A stretch of DNA of 64,000 nucleotides from an uncultured Verrucomicrobiae bacterium (GTDB taxonomy: Bacteria; Verrucomicrobiota; Verrucomicrobiia; Chthoniobacterales; UBA10450), in the NCBI GenBank assembly GCA_963735805.1, contig CAVTMK010000004.1:768001-832000 (forward strand), written 5' to 3'. Shown here piece after piece: positions 57,097 through 64,000 of the stretch. The notes under the pieces are model-generated. The model worked only from the letters and a program-made list of their open reading frames with translations, had not been told where the DNA came from and searched no databases. How positions within the stretch are numbered: the stretch's first letter is position 1; each line of letters begins with the position of its first letter. Made by a program: the position numbers and the translations under genes.

Positions 57097-59655
57097 TCAT
57101 AATAGATCCAGCTGCGGTTTCTCAATTTTGGTACCTGTCTTTGCCGATCTTTTGTGGGGCTTATTAACGGGCGGCGCGGTTATTCCGTCCGGTTTTTCCA
57201 GGTGTGACAGAATCTCCTTAGCCCGATCAAGAATTTCCTTTGGCAAACCTGCCAGCCGGGCGACCTGAATACCGTAGCTTTTGTCCGCGCCACCGGCGAC
57301 GATTTTGCGCAAGAAAATGATTTGATCGTTCCACTCGCGCACTGCGACATTGAAATTGCAAACGCCCTTCCGTTCTGAGGCGAGTTTGGTCAACTCATGA
57401 TAATGCGTGGCGAACAAAGTGCGGGCTTCGATTTTGTCATGTAGAAACTCAGCGACGCTCCAGGCGATCGAGAGTCCGTCGAATGTCGATGTGCCACGGC
57501 CAATCTCATCGAGGATCACCAGGCTCCGTTCAGTCGCATTATTGACGATATTCGAGGTCTCGTTCATCTCGACCATGAACGTGGATTGGCCGCGGCCTAT
57601 ATCGTCATTTGCTCCAACACGTGTGAAAATGCGATCGACCAGCCCGATCTCGGCGCTCTCAGCCGGAACGAAGCTGCCAATTTGAGCCATCAACACAATC
57701 AAGGCAACCTGGCGAATGTAGGTGGACTTTCCTGCCATGTTTGGTCCGGTCACAATGGCAAGTCGGATCGTTTCCCCATCGAGTAACGTATCGTTAGGCA
57801 CAAACTTTTCTTCCACCAGATTCTGGTCGAGTACCGGGTGTCGCCCATCTTTGATCATCAGCCGCAGCGTGTCGTTTAACTGCGGCCGGCAATAACGGAA
57901 CAACCGCGCTGTCTCGGCGAGCGCGCAAATGACATCGAGAACTGCGATAGCCGCCGCGGTTTGCTGAATAGACTCCAGCTCGCGTAGAGTTTCTTCGCGC
58001 AGAGTTTGGAAAAGCTGATACTCAAGCTGACGCGCCCGTTCGTCTGCCCCGAGGATTTTTGCCTCTATTTCCTTTAACTCGGGCGTGACGAAGCGCTCGC
58101 CGCTTACGGTGGTTTGTTTGCGCGTGTAGTGCGCAGGCACGTTCCCGAGGTTCGATTTCGTTACCTCGATGAAATAACCAAAAACGGAGTTGTAGCGTAC
58201 CTTGAGTGACTTGATACCCGTTGCCGCGATCTCGCGCTCCTGCAAATGACCGATCCAATTTTTTCCTTCGCGCGAAGCGCGCCGCAGTTCGTCAAGATCC
58301 GGGTCGTAATCGTCGCGAAAAATGCCGCCTTCCTTTAGCGCCAATGGCGGATCATCGACCACTGCTTTTCCGAGTTTCTCAGTCAAGATCGGTATCTCGT
58401 GAATCTTGGCTTGCAGCTGTAGCGGCAAAGCGGACTGACCGAGCCCACTGTTTTCCTCTGTTACGCTCGGCGTCTCCTCGGCGCGGCTAGCAGGCGCCGG
58501 TGGCGTCCTACCGAATTCAATTCTCGCGATTAGTTTCTGTAATTCGTTCTTCAGTTTCGGAATTTCTTGCAGCGAAAATTTCAGCGCTACGAGGTCGCGC
58601 GCGTTTCCCGAAGCCTGGCTCAATCGGGACAGTGCGCGTTCGAGGTCGCGAATCGGTTTTAATTGAGCGCGGATTGCCGCGAGCAGATCTGTTTCCTGCA
58701 ACAAATCGGCGATCATTTGCTGGCGGGTTTCGAGCTCAAGCAAATTTCGCAGTGGTTGCAAAATCCATGAACGCAGTTTGCGGCCGCCCATCGGCGTGAT
58801 GGTGCGATCAAGAACCGCGAGCAAACTGGTGTTCCGTGTTCCGCGTGATTCAACCAGCTCAAGATTTGTTTGGGTCGCTGCATCGAGCATGACGAATTCC
58901 GCCGGCGCATCGCATCGCAGCGATGTGAGATGGTCAATGTTCCGCCGTAGCTGGTGCTTCAAATAATGAACAATTGCGCCACCGGCAGCGACCGCCTGGG
59001 ACATTTCTCCACAGCCGAAGCCATCCAGCGATTTCGTTTTGAAATGTTCGCACAAGGTGAAGATCGCCTGCTCAGGCAGGAATGCGTAGCTGTCATACTC
59101 AAGCGCGTGATCAATCTGGCGAAGCTGATCCTTCTGTTCTGAACTTATGAGGAGTTCCGACGGCGAAATGCGCGCCAGTTGGTCAAGGAGAGATTGTCGA
59201 TCTCCCAACTGGGAGAGTCGAAACTCACCTGTCGTGAGGTCTGCGTACGCAAAGCCGAATGTGTTGCCATCAATGTAAACTGCTCCCAAATAATTCGCGC
59301 GTTTCGCTTCGAGTAAGTCGAGATCGCTAACCGTGCCCGCGCTGATGATCTGGGTGATGTCGCGGGAGACGATTTTCCCGGGTTGCGGCTCGCTCGTCTG
59401 ATCGCAAATTGCCACGCGCCGGCCGGCCTTGATTAACTTTGCGATGTAGCTTTGCGCCGCGTGATACGGCATGCCGCACATCGGCACACCATTGCGCTTG
59501 GTCAAGGCGACGTTCAGCAAAACCGAGGCTTCCTTTGCATCTTCAAAGAACAATTCATAAAAATCCCCGAGCCTAAACAACAAGAGCGTGTCTGCCGGGA
59601 TGCTGCCTCGGAGGCGCCTGTATTGCTGCATCATCGGAGTAAGCGCATCCCGCAT
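57097..59655 (-). CDS. mutS: DNA mismatch repair protein MutS
   Basis: TPMMQQY, GDFYELF, GPNMAGKST, DEIGRGTS and SYGIQVARLAG. Confidence 0.98.
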   Translation of the reverse strand: MRDALTPMMQQYRRLRGSIPADTLLLFRLGDFYELFFEDAKEASVLLNVALTKRNGVPMCGMPYHAAQSYIAKLIKAGRRVAICDQTSEPQPGKIVSRDITQIISAGTVSDLDLLEAKRANYLGAVYIDGNTFGFAYADLTTGEFRLSQLGDRQSLLDQLARISPSELLISSEQKDQLRQIDHALEYDSYAFLPEQAIFTLCEHFKTKSLDGFGCGEMSQAVAAGGAIVHYLKHQLRRNIDHLTSLRCDAPAEFVMLDAATQTNLELVESRGTRNTSLLAVLDRTITPMGGRKLRSWILQPLRNLLELETRQQMIADLLQETDLLAAIRAQLKPIRDLERALSRLSQASGNARDLVALKFSLQEIPKLKNELQKLIARIEFGRTPPAPASRAEETPSVTEENSGLGQSALPLQLQAKIHEIPILTEKLGKAVVDDPPLALKEGGIFRDDYDPDLDELRRASREGKNWIGHLQEREIAATGIKSLKVRYNSVFGYFIEVTKSNLGNVPAHYTRKQTTVSGERFVTPELKEIEAKILGADERARQLEYQLFQTLREETLRELESIQQTAAAIAVLDVICALAETARLFRYCRPQLNDTLRLMIKDGRHPVLDQNLVEEKFVPNDTLLDGETIRLAIVTGPNMAGKSTYIRQVALIVLMAQIGSFVPAESAEIGLVDRIFTRVGANDDIGRGQSTFMVEMNETSNIVNNATERSLVILDEIGRGTSTFDGLSIAWSVAEFLHDKIEARTLFATHYHELTKLASERKGVCNFNVAVREWNDQIIFLRKIVAGGADKSYGIQVARLAGLPKEILDRAKEILSHLEKPDGITAPPVNKPHKRSAKTGTKIEKPQLDLL

Positions 59656-59916
59656 GATTTCAGAATTAAATCACCCGGCGTGAATTGCGAGTTCGGAATC
59701 TGGATTTGCAAAAATTCCTCGCCTGATGGAAGCGTTTGTCTCAAATCTTTCCGCGATCTTCACGCCTCTGGGAGCAGAGAGTTTGCCGCTGATAACCTCA
59801 AGCTTTTGCTGGCGCGAATGCGTGATCCGGTCGCTGTTTGATCTGCGGCAAGAGACAAAGACCACCTTCCGTCTCTGTGCGCCTTGGTGCGACAGTCCAC
59901 GAAAGTCTTCGGGGAC

Positions 59917-60270
59917 TGGAGGCGAGGGGAGTTGAACCCCTGTCCTCGTCGCTATCCGCGCAAACATCTACATGTTTATCCGACGATAAATTCTGAGGAG
60001 CCAAGCTATGCGCCGGCACACTGCCGGCTCCCGGGCGTCCACGAAATCGATTCACGAACCGGCGCGGTCGCTCCGCCGATTCGCCAGCCTGCTGTCCACG
60101 TTTGCCGTCGTAGCAGGCGTCCCACGGCAAACGTCGCGGTCAATTAAGCCGCGAGAGCTAGACCTTCGTTGTCTGCGTTTGTTTTTTGGTCCGGTTTTTA
60201 ACGAGGCCAACGAACCATCCTCGACATGCCGTCTGCGCTTCCAACGATGAGTCGAAGCCAGTACGCCCCC
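59917..60270 (-). ncRNA. ssrA: tmRNA, tag (A)ADNEGLALAA
   Basis: 5' GGGGGCGTACTGGCTTCGAC; 3' GGACAGGGGTTCAACTCCCCTCGCCTCCA (G3:U acceptor stem, CCA not encoded); tag ORF 60176-60144. Confidence 0.95.
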
Positions 60271-60380
60271 ATTTTTGTGCTTGAACAGATACCTGTTTTT
60301 GAGGTCTTATGCAACTGGACCGCGAGCACTCCTGTGACTTGCTTGCAGAAGCGCGGCTCTGATTGAGTAAATTCCGGGAA

Positions 60381-61334
60381 ATGGCGATTGAAATAACAGC
60401 TCGATCTCTGGCCGACACGCAACAGGCGGACATCGCCTCCGGTGAAGCGGTCCGCCCCAGGGAACTTTCGGGACTTCCGGAGAGGTCGGTCTCGCTCTCT
60501 CGATTTTGGCGTCGTTCTCTGCGGTGGACGCGTCGAAACTTCAGTAGTCGCGCCAGGCTGCTTTCTGGTGGAGAGGTCGTCATTCTGTCCGCGCCGAAAA
60601 GCGGACGCACGTGGATTCGCACATTTCTTTGCGCTTACTTGTGCAAGCGTTATGGTCTCGAATTCACGCTCCAGCCGGGGCGATATGATCATCCGGGATT
60701 TCCCCGAGTCATATTCTCCCATGACCGTTTTGAGCATTGGACCAAGGGCAATCGCTGGGACCGCTTGCGCGGCAAATACCTCGTTCCGAGGAGAGAACTT
60801 CAAAGAGCGAAGATTATCCTCCTTGTGCGGGATCCCCGGGATTGTTTCGTTTCTCTCTACTTACAAATGACGCGACGCGATCCCAGTGCCGACGCAGCGT
60901 TGAGGCAAAAGTCCGTCAGTGAGCTATTGCGCGACAAGAGGTTTGGAATCCGCGGCATCGTTCGGGCAATGAATGACTGGCTTGACGAATTTTCAGGCCT
61001 AAAGGACTTCACGATCGTTCGGTACGAGGCGGTGCGTGCATCTCCAGCGGAGCATTTTCGAGATTTGCTTGCCGTGGTCGGCGAACCGACACCGGATATG
61101 TCGATTTTTCAAGCGGCCCTGGAGTTTTCTCGTTTCGAGAACATGCAAAAATTGGAAGCAGCGGGGGTTTTTGATTCGAAGATCCTGCATCCGGGTGATG
61201 TGCGCGATCCGGAGTCGTTCAAAGTGCGCCGAGGAAAAGTAGGGGGCTATCGGGAATATCTTTCGGCTGAGGATCTAGAATATGCTGCCGATGCGTTGAG
61301 GGAACTCGATCCTCAACTTAGCTACAGCGCCTAA
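60381..61334 (+). CDS. PAPS-dependent sulfotransferase domain protein
   Basis: PKSGRTW (5'-PSB), RDPRDCFVS (3'-PB) and KVRRGKVGGY. Confidence 0.88.
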   Translation: MAIEITARSLADTQQADIASGEAVRPRELSGLPERSVSLSRFWRRSLRWTRRNFSSRARLLSGGEVVILSAPKSGRTWIRTFLCAYLCKRYGLEFTLQPGRYDHPGFPRVIFSHDRFEHWTKGNRWDRLRGKYLVPRRELQRAKIILLVRDPRDCFVSLYLQMTRRDPSADAALRQKSVSELLRDKRFGIRGIVRAMNDWLDEFSGLKDFTIVRYEAVRASPAEHFRDLLAVVGEPTPDMSIFQAALEFSRFENMQKLEAAGVFDSKILHPGDVRDPESFKVRRGKVGGYREYLSAEDLEYAADALRELDPQLSYSA

Positions 61335-61453
61335 GGGCAGCCGCAGGACGGCTCATCTCCGAATAGGTCGGACGCAGTCCACTACTACGTAACTACGGTT
61401 AAGCCTCGACGATCCTGATCATATTTCCATCTTCTATTGAGACCAATTATGAA

Positions 61454-62413
61454 ATGAGAATAACAGCAATTATTGTAGCCTTGTTGCTTTCGGCGCCGTT
61501 TCTGCCCGCGCAGGAGAAAACGGCAATTCGGTTCGGGCATTTTCCAAATATTACGCATGCGCAGGGAGTGATTGCGCATGCGCTGTCCCGGCAAGGCAAG
61601 GGATGGTTCGAAAAGCGCCTCGGACCCAATGTCGAGATCCAATGGTTTACTTACAATGCCGGACCTTCAGCCATGGAAGCAATCTTCGCCAGATCGCTCG
61701 ACGTCACTTATGTGGGTCCGAGTCCGGCCCTTAACGCGTATTTTAGATCAAACGGCGAAGAGATTCGCGTAATCTCCGGCGCAGCCAACGCCGGTGCCGC
61801 TCTCGTGGTAAAAGCTGACTCCCCGATTAAAGCGCCGGCAGACTTTCGTGGGAAAAAGATCGCGACGCCCCAGCTAGGGAACACGCAGGACATTTCGTGC
61901 CGCGCGTGGCTCAAAGCGCATGATTTCAAGGTCACGCTGACTGGCGGCGACGTGGCCGTGATTCCCACAGCGAATCCAGATCAGTTAGCGCTTTTGCAAA
62001 AAGGTTCCGTTGATGCGGTGTGGACTGTCGAACCGTGGGTAACGCGCCTCGAACGAGACGCTAGCGCGCGCGTTTTTCTCGAAGACAAGGACACCATCAC
62101 TACTTGGCTTGTCTCCAGTGTGAAGTTCCTGCGTGATCGCCGTGATTTGGCCAAGAAAATTGCGGCCGCAAACGTGAAATTGACGAACTGGATTCAGCAA
62201 AACCAAGCAGAAGCACAGAAATTATTGATTGAAGAATTGAAAGAGGAAACGCGAGCTGACTTCTCGCCGGACGCTGTGGCACAGGCATGGAAGAGAATTC
62301 AATTCACCAGCGAAGTGTCACGTGATTTGATCGCCAAGTCGGTCCAAGATGGAAAAGACGCGGGCTTTCTAAAAGGCTCGACAGACACATCCAAACTGAT
62401 CGAAGCTCCGTGA
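61454..62413 (+). CDS. ABC transporter substrate-binding protein (SsuA/TauA-like)
   Basis: Signal peptide; FPNITHAQ, YVGPSPA, ATPQLGNTQD and EPW. Confidence 0.88.
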   Translation: MRITAIIVALLLSAPFLPAQEKTAIRFGHFPNITHAQGVIAHALSRQGKGWFEKRLGPNVEIQWFTYNAGPSAMEAIFARSLDVTYVGPSPALNAYFRSNGEEIRVISGAANAGAALVVKADSPIKAPADFRGKKIATPQLGNTQDISCRAWLKAHDFKVTLTGGDVAVIPTANPDQLALLQKGSVDAVWTVEPWVTRLERDASARVFLEDKDTITTWLVSSVKFLRDRRDLAKKIAAANVKLTNWIQQNQAEAQKLLIEELKEETRADFSPDAVAQAWKRIQFTSEVSRDLIAKSVQDGKDAGFLKGSTDTSKLIEAP

Positions 62414-63246
62414 TGCTGCGAGCAGGTCGTCGCCATTCCTCAGCTACTGAGGAGCTCCAGGTCATCACGCCCTCGAAGCTTGCCATCGAGAACGTATCGA
62501 AAAGCTTTAGAGGCGCGTCCGGACCCGTCCTTGCCCTCGATCGGGTTAGCCTGAATGTTGCCGAAGCTGAATTTGTTTGTTTGGTCGGTGCGAGCGGCTG
62601 TGGCAAAACGACCTTGCTCAATATCATCGCTGGCCTGGAAAAGCCGGACAGCGGAATGGTCCTGGCAGACGGCAAGCCGGTGACTGGCCCTGGTCGCGAG
62701 CGACTCGTGATGTTTCAGGAGCCTGCGCTTTTCCCATGGCTGGACGTCTTTGGAAATGTTCTCTTCGGACTAAAGCTCAAACCAAACCTGACAAACCGAG
62801 ACCGACGCGAGGTTGCCAAATATTACTTAGAGCTCGTCGGCCTCAGTCGGTTCCAACACGCAAACATTCATGAACTTTCCGGTGGAATGAAGCAGCGCGT
62901 CTCATTGGCTCGCGCTCTGGCGCCCAATCCGCGCGTGCTTCTCATGGACGAGCCGTTTGCCGCGCTCGACGCACTAACCCGCGAGCAACTTTACGGCGAC
63001 ATCCAGGAGATCTGGAAGGCACGTCGTAAGACTATTGTTTTCGTTACGCATAATGTTCGTGAGGCCGCGTGTCTGGGCAATCGTGTTCTGCTTTTTTCGC
63101 CGCATCCCGGGCGCGTTCAGGAAGAATTCACCGTGAATCTACCGCGACCGCGCGACATTAACAGCGTTGATCTTGCCGCTCACGCCACACGAATCACCAA
63201 AGCCCTCAGGAGCGTGGGGCAAGCTGGCGCTGTTGTTGCCCAATGA
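62410..63246 (+). CDS. ABC transporter ATP-binding protein (SsuB/TauB-like)
   Basis: GASGCGKT, LSGGMKQR and LLMDEPF. Confidence 0.93.
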   Translation: MMLRAGRRHSSATEELQVITPSKLAIENVSKSFRGASGPVLALDRVSLNVAEAEFVCLVGASGCGKTTLLNIIAGLEKPDSGMVLADGKPVTGPGRERLVMFQEPALFPWLDVFGNVLFGLKLKPNLTNRDRREVAKYYLELVGLSRFQHANIHELSGGMKQRVSLARALAPNPRVLLMDEPFAALDALTREQLYGDIQEIWKARRKTIVFVTHNVREAACLGNRVLLFSPHPGRVQEEFTVNLPRPRDINSVDLAAHATRITKALRSVGQAGAVVAQ

Positions 63247-64000
63247 AACGCCTCCTGCTGGCAGCTGCTTTTTTCGCTGCTCTCGTTCTGCTCTGGGAAG
63301 GAGCGTTTCGTGCAAAATTTTGGTCGCCCGTGTTGCTGCCGTCCCCCGGTCAGGTCGTCACGTATCTGGAGGGCGCTGCTGCTGATGGCACCCTGTTTAA
63401 AGCAACAGTGATAACAATGCGTCGCTTGATCGTCGGTTACGTGATCGGACTGATAATGGGCCTTCCACTTGGGCTTCTCACGGCGCGGTGGAAACTGTTT
63501 CACGACACAATTGGGACTCTTGCCCTTGGGTTACAAACATTGCCTAGCGTCTGCTGGGTGCCGCTTGCGCTCTTGTGGTTTGGCCAAACAGAAGCGGCCA
63601 TGCTTTTCGTAGTGGTGATGGGAACTCTCTGGTCGGTGATCATCGCAACCGAGACTGGCGTACGCAATGTTCCGCCAATCTATCGCCGCGCCGCTCTAAC
63701 CATGGGATCCAAGCGATTACACATGTGGTTCAAAGTGATCCTGCCTGCCGCGCTTCCCTTTATTGTTAGCGGTATGAAGCAAGGATGGGCTTTTGCCTGG
63801 CGTTCGTTGATGGCTGCTGAGATTTTCGTGACAATCCTGACCGGTTTTGGCTTGGGCCAGCTGCTTCATTACGGCCGTGAACTCAGCGCCATGGAGCAGG
63901 TCATCGGGATCATGATTGTGATTGTTGTGATTGGCCTGCTGGCTGACAAAATTTTCTTCTCACCGATTGAAAAGTTTCTGCATCGGCGCTGGGGGACGAG
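63243..64000 (+). CDS. ABC transporter permease (SsuC/TauC-like), truncated at window end
   Basis: ATG at 63243 (MKRLLLAAAFF…); LQTLPSVCWVPLALLWFG and GWAFAWRSLMAAE; no stop before 64000. Confidence 0.88.
   Translation, partial: MKRLLLAAAFFAALVLLWEGAFRAKFWSPVLLPSPGQVVTYLEGAAADGTLFKATVITMRRLIVGYVIGLIMGLPLGLLTARWKLFHDTIGTLALGLQTLPSVCWVPLALLWFGQTEAAMLFVVVMGTLWSVIIATETGVRNVPPIYRRAALTMGSKRLHMWFKVILPAALPFIVSGMKQGWAFAWRSLMAAEIFVTILTGFGLGQLLHYGRELSAMEQVIGIMIVIVVIGLLADKIFFSPIEKFLHRRWGT

Noticed and set aside
59671..60803. ORFs overlapping the tmRNA
   Set aside because: Explained by the ssrA gene and the opposite-strand sulfotransferase.

Overview
A 64-kb bacterial chromosomal window. The gene content and repeat families suggest Verrucomicrobiota, Chthoniobacterales/'Ca. 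Udaeobacter'-like (inference). Most of it is housekeeping or ordinary accessory DNA: tpiA, miaA-hflX, nth, acpP, panD, rpmB, pepF, hpt, yajQ, comM, a sigma-70 factor, pyk, mutS, tmRNA and a sulfonate-type ABC transporter. The most striking part is 3.2-14.4 kb on the minus strand. An ECF sigma factor and a membrane Ser/Thr kinase lie directly upstream of five tandem paralogous secreted fibre-like proteins built from 17-aa NTAxG repeats. Two of the five carry a peptidase-S74 autocleaving chaperone and three lack it. Four are preceded by the same 50-bp non-coding block with an ECF-like GTAAC-N16-CGAA core, and the genes and their flanks are patchworks of one another, including a 479-bp near-identical swap. 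Other observations: GTAG-type REP palindromes inserted in-frame inside miaA and probably mutS; a frameshifted iron-permease gene whose break lies exactly on a T_TTA_AAC slippery heptamer; and a second surface-protein island whose members share a Pro/Arg-rich C-terminal tail. No CRISPR array, integrase, transposase, reverse transcriptase, rRNA or tRNA was recognised. All calls were made by eye, without database searches.
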